NCBI GenBank assembly: GCA_965201075.1
Contig: CBDAVP010000010.1
Location: 1 to 64,000, forward strand
From: Isosphaeraceae bacterium
GTDB taxonomy: Bacteria > Planctomycetota > Planctomycetia > Isosphaerales > Isosphaeraceae
Reading direction: 5' to 3'
DNA: 64,000 nucleotides
Part shown: in pieces, positions 30,817 through 42,523 of the stretch
Position numbering within the stretch: position 1 is the stretch's first letter
How the letters are laid out: each line of letters opens with the position of its first letter
Position numbers and translations under genes: made by a program
The notes under the pieces: model-generated
The model's input: only the letters and a program-made list of their open reading frames with translations
What the model was told of the DNA's origin: nothing
Databases searched by the model: none

Positions 30817-31677
30817 ATGCCCAACGCCCTCAAGGTGATGGCCACGATCGACCGAGCCGCCGACCTGTTCCGCCGCACTCCGGGGCGGTCGGGAGGGATC
30901 GTCACCCCTCCAGGGCCAGAGGAATTCCTGGTGATGGGTGACCTCCACGGTCACCTCTCGGCGTTCCGATCGCTGCTGACCGTGGCCGACCTGGCGAATC
31001 GCCCCGCGCGGCACCTGGTCCTCCAGGAACTGATCCACGGCCCCGCCGAGTATCCCGACGACGGCGGCGATCGATCCCATCAACTGGTTGATGTGGTCGC
31101 AGCGCTGAAGTGCCAGTACCCCGAACGGGTTCACCTCATCCTGGGGAATCACGAGCTGTCGGAACTGACGGGTCGACCGATCATCAAGGCGGGCGTGCCG
31201 CTGAACGAGCCGTTCCGAAGGGGAATCGCCACGGCCTACCAGGGCATGGCCGACGAGATGTACCGGTCCTACCTGAACCTGTTCGCGTCGCTGCCGCTGG
31301 CGGTGCGGTCGTCGAATCGGGTGCTGATGTGTCATACCGTCCCGGATGGCCCCATGCTCGACACCTTCGACCCGGGCTTGCTCGCCGCCGACACCTGGCC
31401 CGCGGAATCCACCGCGAGAGGCGGCACCATCTACGCGATGACCTGGGGCCGCGACACCAGCGACGAGACGGCTGACCGCTTCGCCCAAATCGTCGACGCC
31501 GACCTTTTCGTCTGCGGCCATCAGCCCAGCGACGAGGGGTTCCGTCGGGCCAACCCCCGCCAACTGATCGTCGACGGGACGGACCCCTACCCCACCTACT
31601 GCCTATTCAACGCCCGAGAGCCGATGACGATGGATCGGCTGGTGAGCGGAGTTCGACGGTTGCCCCTGGCGCACTGA
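30817..31677 (+). CDS. Metallophosphoesterase
   Basis: GDLHGH, LGNHE, VCGHQP. Confidence 0.85.
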   Translation: MPNALKVMATIDRAADLFRRTPGRSGGIVTPPGPEEFLVMGDLHGHLSAFRSLLTVADLANRPARHLVLQELIHGPAEYPDDGGDRSHQLVDVVAALKCQYPERVHLILGNHELSELTGRPIIKAGVPLNEPFRRGIATAYQGMADEMYRSYLNLFASLPLAVRSSNRVLMCHTVPDGPMLDTFDPGLLAADTWPAESTARGGTIYAMTWGRDTSDETADRFAQIVDADLFVCGHQPSDEGFRRANPRQLIVDGTDPYPTYCLFNAREPMTMDRLVSGVRRLPLAH

Positions 31678-31689
31678 CGCGCCCAGGCC

Positions 31690-31731
31690 GAGGGAATGGG
31701 GACAGACGCTGAAACCAGTCCCCATCCCCTT
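31690..31731. terminator. Hairpin between convergent genes
   Basis: AGGGAATGGGGAC / GTCCCCATCCCCT. Confidence 0.5.
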
Positions 31732-31755
31732 CGGAGGGTTTCTGAGTGGCGAGGG

Positions 31756-33441
31756 TCAGAGGCCAACCGGACGGGTGATGGCCCCTTCGCTGGCCGAGGA
31801 AACCAGCGCGGCGTACTTGGCGAAGACGCCCTCGGTGTAGCGAGGCGGCGGGGCGGTCCAGCCTTGCAGGCGGTGGGCAATCTCGGCGTCACTGAGTTCG
31901 ACGTTGAGGGTGCGGCCCTTGATGTCGAAGGTGATCGTGTCGCCTTCCTTCAAAGCGGCGATCGGCCCTCGGTGGGCGGCCTCGGGGGCGACGTGGCCGG
32001 CCATGAGACCCCGGGTGGCTCCGGAGAAGCGGCCGTCGGTCATCAGGGCGACCGATTCGCCGAGCCCCTGACCGACCAAAGCGCTGGTGACTCCCAGCAT
32101 CTCGCGCATGCCGGGTCCGCCCTTGGGACCTTCGTAGCGGATGACCACCACGTCCCCAGCGGCGATCTTGCCAGCCTGGACGGCCGCCATCGCCTCTTCC
32201 TCGCGGTCGAAGACGCGGGCGGGCCCCTGGTGGTAGGCCCGTTCGTGGCCGGCGACCTTGACCACGCAGCCATCGGGGGCGAGGTTCCCCTTGAGGATCA
32301 CCAGGCCGCCGGTCGGCTTGAGCGGTTTCTCCAGGGTCGCGACGACCTCTTGCCCGGGGGTTTCGCGGGCGTCGGCCGAGGCCTCGGCGAGGGTCTGGCC
32401 GGTGGGCGTCAGTTGGGATCCGTCGAGCTTGTTCCCGGCGAGCAGGCGGCTGGCGACCAGGGCCGTGCCGCCCGCCTTGTCGAGGTCGACGGCAACGAAC
32501 CGACCGCCGGGCTTGAGGTCGGCCAGGGTGGGGGTGCGGGCGCTGACGGTGTCGAAGTCGTCGATGGTCAGGGGGACGCCGACTTCCCGGGCGAGGGCCA
32601 GCAGGTGGAGGACCGCGTTGGTCGAGCCTCCGGTGGCGGCGACCCCGGCGATGGCGTTCTCGAAGGCCAGGCGGGTGAGGATGGTCTTGGGGGTCAGGCC
32701 GCGCTTGAGCTGGTCAACGACCTGGTGGCCGGCCTTGCGAGCGACGGCCTTCTTGCGATCGTCCAGGGCGGGCGGACTGGCGGTGCCGACGGGGGAGAGG
32801 CCGAGGAACTCCAGGGCCAGGGCCATCGTGTTGGCGGTGAACTGGCCACCGCAGGCGCCGGCTCCGGGGCAGGCGTGGTCTTCCAGGTCGCGAAGGTCGG
32901 CGTCGGACATCAGGCCGCGGGCGTTGGCTCCGACGGCCTCGAAGAGGTCCTGAATCGTGACGTCTCGCCCCTGGAAGCGTCCCGGGGCGATTGAGCCTCC
33001 GTAAAGGACGAAGCCGGGGACGTCCAGGCGGATCAAGCCCATCGCGGCGCCCGGGATGGTCTTGTCGCAGGCGACCAGGCAGATGACCGCGTCGAAGTAG
33101 TGGCCGCGGCCCATCAGTTCAATGCTGTCGGCGATGACTTCCCGACTGACAAGGCTGGCCTTCATCCCCTCGGTGCCCATGGTGATGCCGTCGGAGATGG
33201 CGACGGTGTTGAACTCCATGGGGGTGGCGCCCGCTTCGCGGACCCCGGCCTTGACGTGCTCGGCCAACTCCCGGAGGTGGAAGTTGCAGGTCATCGTCTC
33301 GGTCCAGGTGTTGGCGACGCCGATGATTGGCCTGGAAAGCGCCTCATCGTCGAAGCCGACGGCCTTGAGGTAGGAGCGGGCCGGGGCGCGGTCTCGGCCG
33401 TCGAGGAGGATGCGGCTGCGGTGTCGGGGGTCGAACGGCAT
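31756..33441 (-). CDS. ilvD: Dihydroxy-acid dehydratase
   Basis: [49 protein letters not shown]. Confidence 0.95.
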   Translation of the reverse strand: MPFDPRHRSRILLDGRDRAPARSYLKAVGFDDEALSRPIIGVANTWTETMTCNFHLRELAEHVKAGVREAGATPMEFNTVAISDGITMGTEGMKASLVSREVIADSIELMGRGHYFDAVICLVACDKTIPGAAMGLIRLDVPGFVLYGGSIAPGRFQGRDVTIQDLFEAVGANARGLMSDADLRDLEDHACPGAGACGGQFTANTMALALEFLGLSPVGTASPPALDDRKKAVARKAGHQVVDQLKRGLTPKTILTRLAFENAIAGVAATGGSTNAVLHLLALAREVGVPLTIDDFDTVSARTPTLADLKPGGRFVAVDLDKAGGTALVASRLLAGNKLDGSQLTPTGQTLAEASADARETPGQEVVATLEKPLKPTGGLVILKGNLAPDGCVVKVAGHERAYHQGPARVFDREEEAMAAVQAGKIAAGDVVVIRYEGPKGGPGMREMLGVTSALVGQGLGESVALMTDGRFSGATRGLMAGHVAPEAAHRGPIAALKEGDTITFDIKGRTLNVELSDAEIAHRLQGWTAPPPRYTEGVFAKYAALVSSASEGAITRPVGL

Positions 33442-33698
33442 GGTCGTGGGCGTCCGCGCGGGGATGGATGTCGAGGGGAGGCGGGGGCCGAGGGTCCTCA
33501 CCCGGGCGTCCCGACCGTCCATTCTACGGGATCGGAGCGGGCCCGCCAGCCTCGGCCCGTGCCTACCGAGACGTCGGGAGGACGACGGCCGACGGCCGAG
33601 ATCGCACGCAGCGGAATCTGGCGGGCCGTGACCTAGCCTGTATCGGGGTGTGCCCTTAGGATTGATGTGCTGGGGATTGCTCAAGGGGATTCTGACCG

Positions 33699-34688
33699 AT
33701 GACCGGCATCCTCTGGTTGGCGAGGAGGGCGGCGAGGGCGGCTCTCGTCCACGGGGTCCGGCCGCTGGATCGGGTGCTGCCGCCAAGGGTGCTCCTAGCC
33801 CTGGTCTCGCCCTTCGTGGCGGCGAGCACCGCCCTGGAACTGAGTTACACGGGCCCGAGGCTGGCGGAGTTCACCCACCTGCGCTCGGCGTTGGGGGCGA
33901 CGGGGCGAGGAGCCGGGTGGTGGCTCGCCCTTTGGCGACAGCGGTCTCGCTTGAACCTGGCGAACCTGGCCATCTACTGGGCGGATCGGCTGAATCGGCC
34001 CGGCTGGGCGGCGCTACGACGGGTCGAGGGATCGCCCCCGGCCCGGGGACTGCTCGAAACGCGGGCCCGTCCGGTGATCCTGGCGACGTTCCACTTTGGG
34101 CCGGGGCTGGCGGGGTTCCACGGCCTGCGGGCGAGCGGCATCCCGATCGCCGTCCTGGCCGTCAGGGCGCCCAACCCCGTCGTCGGGCGGCTGGGCGCGG
34201 CGGTCGACCGGGCAAACGACCTTGAGGGGGTGCCCCATCGCTTCGCCCCCGAAGACCTCCGGGAGGCGGCCGAGTTCCTGCTGGCCCGTCGCGTGTTGCT
34301 GATCTTCGTGACCGGCGGCAGCGGCCAGAGCGTCGAGGTCGAGGCCGATGGAATGATCCTACCACTGGCCCCCGGCGCCTTGCGGTTGGCGACGATCGTC
34401 GACGCGGACGTGATCCCCTGCGTCTTCTCGGCGGGGCGTGGGGGGTTGGCGACGCTCTTGCTGGGTGACCCGTTGCCCGAGGCCGAGGTAAAGGATCGTC
34501 GGTGGCACCCCGCCGCCTGCGAGCGGCTTTTGCGGTTTTACATGCCGACACTGCGGGAGCGGCCGGGGCAGTCGGACACCTGGCTACTGCGCGGGGTCCG
34601 CCCAGCCCGACGTGCCGGGCCGAGGGCCGAGGAGGTTGCGGCCTCGGAGGCTCCGACGGTAACCGGAGGGACGGTCCCCAAGGCGTGA
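33699..34688 (+). CDS. LpxL/LPLAT-like acyltransferase
   Basis: [18 protein letters not shown]....ADVIP, LRERPGQ. Confidence 0.55.
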   Translation: MTGILWLARRAARAALVHGVRPLDRVLPPRVLLALVSPFVAASTALELSYTGPRLAEFTHLRSALGATGRGAGWWLALWRQRSRLNLANLAIYWADRLNRPGWAALRRVEGSPPARGLLETRARPVILATFHFGPGLAGFHGLRASGIPIAVLAVRAPNPVVGRLGAAVDRANDLEGVPHRFAPEDLREAAEFLLARRVLLIFVTGGSGQSVEVEADGMILPLAPGALRLATIVDADVIPCVFSAGRGGLATLLLGDPLPEAEVKDRRWHPAACERLLRFYMPTLRERPGQSDTWLLRGVRPARRAGPRAEEVAASEAPTVTGGTVPKA

Positions 34689-34710
34689 CGCGGGCGGATG
34701 GGTCAGGCGT

Positions 34711-36030
34711 TCAGCCGTCGAGACCCGGGAGACGGCCGTTGCTGTCGCCCAGGGCGTCGGTGGGGGTGTTCATCCGGTCGAGCATGGCCAGGAAGAGGTT
34801 GTTCAGCGGAGTCTTTTCGGGGAACCGGAGGTGCCGCCCGCCTTTGATCGTGCCGCCGGCGCTTCCGGCCAGGACGATGGGTAGGTCGGCGTGGTCGTGG
34901 CGGTCGCCGTCGCTGAGGCTGCTACCCATCAGGATCATCGAGTGGTCCAGGAGCGAGCCCTCGCCCTCCTGGGCCCCCTTCAACTTTTGGAGGAAGTCGG
35001 CGTAGAGGCCGACGTGGAAGCGGTTGATCTTGGCGAGCTTTTCGAGATTTTCGGGCTTCTTGCCGTGGTGGGACAATTCGTGGTGTCCCTCGGGGATGCC
35101 CAGGAACGGGTAGCTTCGGCCGCTGACCTCGTTGGCCAGGACGAAGGTGGCGACCCGGGTGACGTCGGCGCGGAAGGCGAGGAAGAGCATGTCGTAGAGG
35201 AGCCGGGCGTGCTCGGGGTACTCGGCGGGAATGCCTTCGGGGACGGGGTAACCCTCGGGCGGCGGGGCGTCCTGGCCAGCTCGGGCGATCCGTTGCTCGA
35301 TCTCCCGGACGGAGGTGAGATACTCGTCGACCTTGCGGCGGTCGGCGGCTCCGAGGCGTCCGGAGAGGGCTCGGGCGTCGTCCTGAACGAAGTCGAGCAG
35401 GTGCTTGCGGCGGGCGCGTCCGGGGCCGGTGGGGGCGAAGAGGCGCTCGAAGACGAGGCGGGGGTTGACCTCCTTGGGCATTGGCATCGAGGCCGATCGC
35501 CAGGAGAGGTTCGAGGAGTAGGCGCAGCTGTAGCCGCTGTCGCAGGCGCCGGCCTGGGCGCCAGGGTCGCAGCCGATTTCCAGCGACGGCAGGCGAGTGG
35601 CGAGGCCGACCCGGTGGGCGGCGACCTGATCCACCGAGATGCCGGCGCGGAGGTTGGCCCCTTCGGTCTTGAACGGATGGGTTCCGGTCAGGAACGAGGC
35701 CATCGCTCGGGCATGGTCGCCTGCGCCGTCGCCGTGGGCGAATCCACCATCCTGGGCCAGGCCGGTGAAGACCAGAACGTCGTCCTTCAGAGAAGCCAGC
35801 GGTTCGAGGCTGGAGGGAAGGTTGGCGAGCGTTCCGTCGGCCTCGGGCGTCCAGGCGGGCATGTGGACGCCATTGGGGACGTACAGGAAGGCCATGCGTC
35901 GGGGGAATCCGCCATCGGGGCCGGCGATCGCGGCGGCGGCGGGTCGCATCGCTTCCAGCCAGGGGAGGGCGAGGCTGACTCCCAGACCTTTGAGGGCGTG
36001 GCGTCGAGAGATTTCCCAGGACTTGCTCAT
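34711..36030 (-). CDS. DUF1552 domain protein (Tat signal)
   Basis: SRRHALKGLGVSLALPWLEAM, YVPNGV, CDSGYSCAYSSNLSW, HHELSHH. Confidence 0.92.
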   Translation of the reverse strand: MSKSWEISRRHALKGLGVSLALPWLEAMRPAAAAIAGPDGGFPRRMAFLYVPNGVHMPAWTPEADGTLANLPSSLEPLASLKDDVLVFTGLAQDGGFAHGDGAGDHARAMASFLTGTHPFKTEGANLRAGISVDQVAAHRVGLATRLPSLEIGCDPGAQAGACDSGYSCAYSSNLSWRSASMPMPKEVNPRLVFERLFAPTGPGRARRKHLLDFVQDDARALSGRLGAADRRKVDEYLTSVREIEQRIARAGQDAPPPEGYPVPEGIPAEYPEHARLLYDMLFLAFRADVTRVATFVLANEVSGRSYPFLGIPEGHHELSHHGKKPENLEKLAKINRFHVGLYADFLQKLKGAQEGEGSLLDHSMILMGSSLSDGDRHDHADLPIVLAGSAGGTIKGGRHLRFPEKTPLNNLFLAMLDRMNTPTDALGDSNGRLPGLDG

Positions 36031-38330
36031 GGCGGGGTCTGCCCTTCGTCCGCAGTGTGGCCGGTGAGCCGGAAGGCGTCGCTGGTGACGATGCCGACGA
36101 CCAGGCGGGAGAAGCGTTGGCCGTCGTGGGCCAGGCCCTCGACGATGCGGTCGACGTGGCAGCGGTCGTCAAAGCCCAGGCCCCGGCCTAGGGCGTAGGT
36201 CATCATCTTGGTGGTCAGGCAGCGGGCGAACTCCTCGGAGCGGGCAGCCAGCAAGGTTTTGAGCTGCTCGGGCCCGGAGAAGGTCTGGCCGTTGGGCAAT
36301 GTCCCCGACGAGTCAATCGGGTAGTCGCCGTCCTTTTCCCGCCAGGCGCCGATGGCGTCGTAGTTTTCGAGGCCGAAGCCCAGGGGGTCCATCTTCTGAT
36401 GGCAGGAGGCGCATTCGGCGCGGGAGCGGTGGGCTTCCATGCGTTTGCGGAGGGAGGTCCAACCCGTCTGAGACTCGTCCTTCAACTCGCCGGCCTCGGG
36501 GGGCGGCGGGGGTGGCGGGGCTCCCAGAACCTGTTCGAGGACCCACTTGCCGCGCTTGACTGGCGAGGTGCGGGTAGGGTTGGAGGTGACCGTCAGGACG
36601 CTGGCCTGGGTCAAAATGCCCCCTCGTCGCCGGTCATTGAGGGTCACGCGGCGGAACTCGTCCCCCTTGATGCCGTCGATTCCGTAGTGACGGGCGAGCC
36701 GGCCGTTGAGAAAGGTGAAATCAGCGTCGAGGAAGTCGAGGATGCCGCGATCCTCTCGGACGATCGCCTCGAAAAACTGCTCGGTCTCGGTGAGCATGTC
36801 CCGGCGGAGGCGGTCGTTGAACTTGGGGAATTTCCAGGGGTGCGGGCGGATCGTGGCGAGGCGGCGGACCTGCAACCACTGGTCGGCGAACCCGTCGGCC
36901 AGGGCGGTGCTTTTGGGGTCGGCGAGCATCCGGCGGGCCTGGGCTTCCAGGGTCGCCGGGTCGGCCAAGACTCCACGTTGGGCCAGGTCGAAAAGTTCCT
37001 GGTCGGGCATGCTGCCCCACAGGAAGTAAGAGAGGCGGGAAGCCAGGGCGTAGGGGTCGAGGGGCTGGGGGGCGTCGCCGGGTTTGGGGCGGATCTCGGC
37101 CCGGTAGAGGAAGTTGGGGGAGATCAGGACCGCCTCGGCGGCGAGGGCGAGGGCGTTTTCGAAGGGGTCGCCCTCAAGGCCGGCATCCTCGACCAGCCGG
37201 ACGAGGCGGGCGACCTCGTCAGAGGTGGCGGGGCGTCGGTAGGCCCGGGAGGCGAGGCGGTCGAGGTTGAAGCGGGCGGTCTCGGCCCAGTCGTCGCGAT
37301 TGGCGGGGACTCGGGCCAGCAGGGTTTGGGGGTGGATGTCTCGGGGGGGCTCGTGGCCGACGATCTCAACGTAGTCGACCAGGAGGTTGCGGTCTCGACG
37401 GGAGGGGTCGGGCTCGTCCCCCTTGTACCAGTCGTTGAGGAAGGCGATGCCAATCTCTCGTCGGCCGGCGTCGAGGTCGGCGGCGGCCTCGTAGATTTCG
37501 GGGTGGGATGGGAGGGCGGGGACGTCGAGGGTGGCGACCTCTCGGCCGTCGACCCGGATGCCGATGCGGGCGGGGTCGGGCCCGGCCTGTTGCGCCGAGG
37601 CCCGGACGCGGATGCGGTAGGTTCCGGCTTCGGGGGCGTCGAAGGGGACTTTGATGGTGCCGTTGGTGGCCAGGAGGTGGGCGTCCCACTGGTGGGAGCC
37701 GTCGCCTTCGAGGGCTTCGGCCTCTCGGTGGCGATCGGAGGGCGGGGCGAGGTCTCGGGCGAGAGTGGCGCGGGTGACGTCTTCGGCGGCCGAGAGGTAA
37801 CGCTCCATCAGGATCGGCGAGAGGGACAGGACGTCGCCATTGGTGTCGAAGCCGTGGCCGAGGTCGTCGGCGGGGAAGTCCTCGGAAGCGCGAAAGGGGA
37901 CGCCCAATAGGTCGCGAATCGTGCGGGCGTACTCGTCGCGGTTGAGGCGCCTCATGGTCACGAGGCCGGGGTCGGGCGGGGTGGTGCAGCGGCCCGAGGT
38001 GACGGTGGCCTGGAGCCATTGGCTCAGAGCCTCGGCCTCGGCGGCATCGGGTTGGGGCCGGTCGGCCGGGGGCATGTCGCCGGCCTCGATGGCGTCCAGA
38101 ACCTTGGTCCAGACCTTGAGGTCGGGGTGGGTGGATGCGCTGCGGATCGGGCCGGAAAGGTCGAGGCCCCCCTTGGGCTTCTCGGGTCCGTGGCAGCCGA
38201 GGCAGAATGTCTGGAGGACCGGCCGGGCGGTTTCGTCGAACTGGCGGTCGTCGGCGAGGGCCGCGCGGATCCCAGCGGGTGCGATGGAGCCGACCAGGAG
38301 GAGGGTGGAGAGGAGCCGCCGACTCGGCAA
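36027..38330 (-). CDS. DUF1592/DUF1588-type cytochrome c protein with inserted carbohydrate-binding module
   Basis: [60 protein letters not shown] start inferred. Confidence 0.88.
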   Translation of the reverse strand: MPSRRLLSTLLLVGSIAPAGIRAALADDRQFDETARPVLQTFCLGCHGPEKPKGGLDLSGPIRSASTHPDLKVWTKVLDAIEAGDMPPADRPQPDAAEAEALSQWLQATVTSGRCTTPPDPGLVTMRRLNRDEYARTIRDLLGVPFRASEDFPADDLGHGFDTNGDVLSLSPILMERYLSAAEDVTRATLARDLAPPSDRHREAEALEGDGSHQWDAHLLATNGTIKVPFDAPEAGTYRIRVRASAQQAGPDPARIGIRVDGREVATLDVPALPSHPEIYEAAADLDAGRREIGIAFLNDWYKGDEPDPSRRDRNLLVDYVEIVGHEPPRDIHPQTLLARVPANRDDWAETARFNLDRLASRAYRRPATSDEVARLVRLVEDAGLEGDPFENALALAAEAVLISPNFLYRAEIRPKPGDAPQPLDPYALASRLSYFLWGSMPDQELFDLAQRGVLADPATLEAQARRMLADPKSTALADGFADQWLQVRRLATIRPHPWKFPKFNDRLRRDMLTETEQFFEAIVREDRGILDFLDADFTFLNGRLARHYGIDGIKGDEFRRVTLNDRRRGGILTQASVLTVTSNPTRTSPVKRGKWVLEQVLGAPPPPPPPEAGELKDESQTGWTSLRKRMEAHRSRAECASCHQKMDPLGFGLENYDAIGAWREKDGDYPIDSSGTLPNGQTFSGPEQLKTLLAARSEEFARCLTTKMMTYALGRGLGFDDRCHVDRIVEGLAHDGQRFSRLVVGIVTSDAFRLTGHTADEGQTPP

Positions 38331-38598
38331 GGTGGGTTCCCTTCGAGGATCAGGCGTGGTCGGACGGCAGCGCGCGGGCCCGTCCGACCTTTCCAGTTTG
38401 GTCCGGGGTCCGGGAAAAGACAAGCAACGGCGAACATTTTGGGTGCGGGATGGGTCTACGCGGGGTCGTGGGCTCGCCTGGAGTCGGCCCCAGAGGATCG
38501 TTACAATCAACGAGGGGGCCGGTCGTCGCGCTTTCGCTCGCGGGACGGGCGTGAGGCGGGCCCTTTACCTTCGCCTTGACCTGGAAAGCGGTGGCGCG

Positions 38599-39876
38599 AT
38601 GCTCGACCCGACGATCGACCCGGAACTGGTGGAAGTTCCCGAAACGGCCCTCGAATCTGAGTCCGAGGGGCAGGAGCCGGCCGAGATCGAGGTGGCCTCG
38701 CGAGTGAGGAACCTGCCGCCGTACCTGTTCGGCAAGATCAACGACCTGAAGTATCGCAAACGGGTCGCCGGGATCGACGTGATCGACCTGGGGATGGGCA
38801 ACCCCACCGACCCGACGCCGGATTACATCGTCGAGAAGCTGTGCGAGGCGGCCAGGGACGCCAAGAACCATCGGTACAGCGTGGCGGCCGGGGTGTACAA
38901 CCTGCGACGGGAGGTCGCCAAGCGGTACGAGTCGCGATTCGGCGTGAAGCTGGACCCGGATCATGAAGTGGTGGCGACGATCGGGTCGAAGGAGGGGTTC
39001 AGCCACATGTGCCTGGCCCTGCTGGGTCCTGGCGATACGGCGATCTCCCCCGCGCCGACGTTCCCGATCCACTCTCACGCTGTGGCCCTGGCCGATGCGA
39101 ACTCGGTGGCGCTGGATATTCGCGACCCGTCGGCGTTTCTGAGCAACGTGGCGGCGATGTGCCAGGCGTTGCAGCCGAAGCCGAAGGTGTTGATCCTGAA
39201 CTACCCACATAACCCGACGGGCGAGGTGGCCGAGAAGCCGTTCTTCGCCGAGGTGGTGGCGCTGGCGAAACGGTATGGGTTCCTGGTGATCCACGACTTC
39301 GCCTATGGAGACGTCTGCTTCGACGGATTTCAGCAGCCGAGCTTCCTGTCGGTGCCGGGGGCAAAGGATGTGGGCTGCGAGTTCACGACGATGTCGAAGG
39401 GCTACAACATGGCCGGCTGGCGGGTGGGGTTCGCCGCCGGGCATCGGCACATGATCCGCGCGTTGAAGTCGATCAAGGGGTATTACGACTACGGGCTGTT
39501 CCAGGCGGTGCAGGTGGCGGCGATTGTGGCCTTGCGGCACGGCGAGGAGGCGAGGCAGGCGCAGGTGGCCGAGTATCAGATGCGCCGGGACGTGCTGGTC
39601 GACGGTTTGAATCGGCTGGGGTGGAATGTGGAGAAGCCCAAGGGGGGGATGTTCGTCTGGGCGCCGATCCCCGAGCCCTGGCGGTCGCGGATGGGATCGA
39701 TCGACTTCGGCGTGAAGCTGCTGGAGGAGGCGGAGGTCGCCGTCAGCCCCGGTCGAGGCTTCGGCGAGTTCGGCGAGGGGTACTTGCGGCTGGCACTGGT
39801 CGAAAATGACCAGCGGTTACGCCAGGCCGTTCGGCAGATCGGGCGTTGCCTGCGGCCGGAGAAGGCGGCGACTTGA
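38599..39876 (+). CDS. Class I/II PLP aminotransferase (AlaC / LL-DAP aminotransferase-like)
   Basis: [43 protein letters not shown]. Confidence 0.92.
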   Translation: MLDPTIDPELVEVPETALESESEGQEPAEIEVASRVRNLPPYLFGKINDLKYRKRVAGIDVIDLGMGNPTDPTPDYIVEKLCEAARDAKNHRYSVAAGVYNLRREVAKRYESRFGVKLDPDHEVVATIGSKEGFSHMCLALLGPGDTAISPAPTFPIHSHAVALADANSVALDIRDPSAFLSNVAAMCQALQPKPKVLILNYPHNPTGEVAEKPFFAEVVALAKRYGFLVIHDFAYGDVCFDGFQQPSFLSVPGAKDVGCEFTTMSKGYNMAGWRVGFAAGHRHMIRALKSIKGYYDYGLFQAVQVAAIVALRHGEEARQAQVAEYQMRRDVLVDGLNRLGWNVEKPKGGMFVWAPIPEPWRSRMGSIDFGVKLLEEAEVAVSPGRGFGEFGEGYLRLALVENDQRLRQAVRQIGRCLRPEKAAT

Positions 39877-39960
39877 GCGTCCTGGCCTCGCGGAGATTCG
39901 TTCGCGGTGTTTGGATCGAGGAGCCCTTTGTGGGTTGAACCTTCGTTCTCATGGGTCGAT

Positions 39961-40197
39961 ATGCCAACCGTCCTCAAAGATGGACCATATCGATTCTTCT
40001 TTTACTCGGGCGACCGTGCCGAACCCCCACACGTCCACGTCGAACGCGATTCCACGGTGGCGAAATTTTGGATCGACCCAGTGCGTTTGGAGCGGAGTGG
40101 TGGAATGTCGGGAAAGGACATCAACCAGGTCCAGGCAATCATCGAGAGGAGCCAGCAAGATCTGCTGGATCGCTGGAATGAGTTCTTCCACGATTGA
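39961..40197 (+). CDS. DUF4160 domain protein
   Basis: MPTVLKDGPYRFFFYSGDRAEPPHVHV...AKFW...WNEFF. Confidence 0.9.
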   Translation: MPTVLKDGPYRFFFYSGDRAEPPHVHVERDSTVAKFWIDPVRLERSGGMSGKDINQVQAIIERSQQDLLDRWNEFFHD

Positions 40198-40813
40198 GGC
40201 CGGTGGCATCGTCGGCACGTCGGTCTCCCTGACACCCGATGTGCTCACGGTGGGATTGTCCGATGGCCGTACGATCTCGGTCCCGCTGGCCTGGTATCCG
40301 CGGTTGCTTCACGCCACGGTCGCGGAGCGGGACCACTGGCAATTCATTGGCCAGGGCGTCGGCGTTCATTGGCCCGAACTCGACGAGGACCTCCGGATCG
40401 AAGACATGATTGAGGGGCGGAAGTCCCGTGAGAGCCAACGATCCCTGGGAGATTGGCTCGCTCAACGACGCGCCCTCAAGGGAGTGGAGTCAGGGGCGTC
40501 GGAGCTTCCCGACGCGTCATTGCCCTTGGCGCAGAGCATTCTTTCCGAGAACTGGGAACCCCTGCGGATTTCCAACCTCGACGAGGACGAAGTGGGGTAT
40601 GTAGTCCCCTGGGCCATCGCCGCGGATGAGGAAGGTCGGGTTTGGATCGACGGGGATACGTCCTTCCAACGCGAACCTCACGGGACGAAGCACGTGGTCG
40701 CAAGGCGTAGCGGAGCGTTCATCGTCGTGGACCGGAGTTCGATCGGCGGACATCACTACGAACGGCGAGCGATTAAGATGAGTGAATGCTGGATTCCGGT
40801 CGCGTTCCGGTAA
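40178..40813 (+). CDS. DUF2442 domain protein with additional C-terminal domain
   Basis: LSDGRTISVPLAWYPRL..AT...GVHWPELDEDL, followed by ~110 extra aa; overlaps the DUF4160 gene. Confidence 0.85.
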   Translation: MSSSTIEAGGIVGTSVSLTPDVLTVGLSDGRTISVPLAWYPRLLHATVAERDHWQFIGQGVGVHWPELDEDLRIEDMIEGRKSRESQRSLGDWLAQRRALKGVESGASELPDASLPLAQSILSENWEPLRISNLDEDEVGYVVPWAIAADEEGRVWIDGDTSFQREPHGTKHVVARRSGAFIVVDRSSIGGHHYERRAIKMSECWIPVAFR

Positions 40814-40872
40814 CGCTGGGCGAGTTCGCAGCAGTCCCAATGGTTTTCTCGGCGGGTCAGGTCCAGCCCGAT

Positions 40873-41922
40873 TCACTCACGGATTTCGTCCACCAGTTCC
40901 AGGCGGGTCGAGATGCGGCGGTCGTGAGGTTCGAGCCGGAGGTGCTCGGTGTCGGCGGGGGCGATCTGGAACCGACGGATCGCCTGGGAGACACTGACTC
41001 CGCTGTAGAAATCGGCGAGAGCGGGGGCGGTGGTTGTGCCGCTCATCAGGGGCGTTCGGGTCCCCCGGTCCGAGGGGTCGAGCGGGTCGGCGGCCGTGCG
41101 CTCCAGCCGTTCGTAGAGGCCTTCCTCGCAGTTCTCCAGGGCGGGGAAGCGGCCCTTGAGGTTCGCCCCGTCATTGGTCAGTTGTTGGCTGAAGGCGAGT
41201 TTCTTCAGGTCGGATCTTCCGTCGACGACGTAGGCCGCCCCGCCCCAGTGGTCGGTGATGGCGATCAGATCGAGCACGCGGTCTTCGTTGAAGTCGCCCG
41301 CCTGGAATTGCCAGGACGGGCCGGTGCCGGTCTCCGGGAATGGGGTGACGGCCCGCAGGACCACATCCTGGAATTTCGTCCCGCCGTCGAGGATGCGGAC
41401 CTCGGTGTGGTGCGAGGTGGTCCCCTCGCGGTCGACCATCATGAGGTTGGGCCGCGTCGGGGCGTCGCGGATCGGGGGGATCGCCAGGAACTCGACGCCG
41501 GGCCCGGCGGCGGGAATGTCGGTCACGACGTGGAGGAGGAAATCCTGGAAGAACAGGGCGCCGGCGAGGATGTGAATTTCCACCCGGTGTCCCTTGCCGT
41601 CGCGCTGGATCGCCCAGAGGTCGGGGTGGCCGTCCAGGTCCCAGTCGGCGACGACGAATTCCCAACCTCGGTCCGCGTAAGCCGCGGGCAGGCCCACCTC
41701 GACCAGCGGCTTTCGGAAATGCGAGGCGCCGCTGAAGATGTGGATCTCGCTGGGATGCCGCAGGGGATGGGTTTTCTTGACCAGCACCAGGTCGGGCAGG
41801 TCGTCGCCGTCCCAGAGCGTGGTTTTGACGCGATACTTGTTGTGGTCAAGCAACTGGGCCCGGCACTCGGTGGCCAGGGTGAGCGCGACGAGGGTCGCGG
41901 CGAGGCGGAGGACGCTGGTCAT
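40873..41922 (-). CDS. Secreted VCBS/FG-GAP-like repeat protein
   Basis: Signal peptide; WDGDDLPDL, DWDLDGHPDL, DFNEDRVLDL and EIHI.(S/A)GA repeats. Confidence 0.7.
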   Translation of the reverse strand: MTSVLRLAATLVALTLATECRAQLLDHNKYRVKTTLWDGDDLPDLVLVKKTHPLRHPSEIHIFSGASHFRKPLVEVGLPAAYADRGWEFVVADWDLDGHPDLWAIQRDGKGHRVEIHILAGALFFQDFLLHVVTDIPAAGPGVEFLAIPPIRDAPTRPNLMMVDREGTTSHHTEVRILDGGTKFQDVVLRAVTPFPETGTGPSWQFQAGDFNEDRVLDLIAITDHWGGAAYVVDGRSDLKKLAFSQQLTNDGANLKGRFPALENCEEGLYERLERTAADPLDPSDRGTRTPLMSGTTTAPALADFYSGVSVSQAIRRFQIAPADTEHLRLEPHDRRISTRLELVDEIRE

Positions 41923-42150
41923 CGCGAGAGTCTCGGATTCTTGTCGGGGGAGGCTTTCGAGGGTAGCCCGGGTCGGCGAGGGAGGCAAGGCTCTCCGTTG
42001 GACAAGGGCCGTTGCGTGAGAAAAAACGCCGACCGACTCGGTCTCATGCGCCTGGATCTCGTGCCGACCTCAGCCCCTATCGGCCCAGTGAAGGGTCAGG
42101 AACCGGTCAACCCCGTCAATGACCGGTCCCTGAGCTTGGTCCACGGAGGC

Positions 42151-42492
42151 TTAAATTTGATCGGGTTGGGTCGGTTGGACGATCTCTCTCATCTGCATGG
42201 CATGGGTGAGCGTCGCCCCGGCGCGGATGACGGCGGCGACCTGGACGGCTTCGGTCATCTGCTCGACGGTGGCCCCGGCTTTCATTCCGGCGTGGGTGTG
42301 GACGTCGATGCAGTAGGGGCATTGCAGGGCGTGGGCGACCGCGATGGCGATCAGTTCCTTGTCGCGAGAAGAGAGGGCCCCGTCCTGGAAGATCGATTGG
42401 TTCCAGGCCAGGAACGCCTGGAAGGGGGCGGGGGCACCCTCGGCGACCCTGGAGAACGTGGCGAGGTCTTCGGTGCGGTAGTAGCCGGGCAT
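42151..42492 (-). CDS. AhpD / carboxymuconolactone decarboxylase family protein
   Basis: GALSSRDKELIAIAVAHALQCPYCIDVH. Confidence 0.88.
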   Translation of the reverse strand: MPGYYRTEDLATFSRVAEGAPAPFQAFLAWNQSIFQDGALSSRDKELIAIAVAHALQCPYCIDVHTHAGMKAGATVEQMTEAVQVAAVIRAGATLTHAMQMREIVQPTQPDQI

Positions 42493-42523
42493 CGGTTCGA
42501 TTCCTGAGGGGCGGGCGGTGGAT

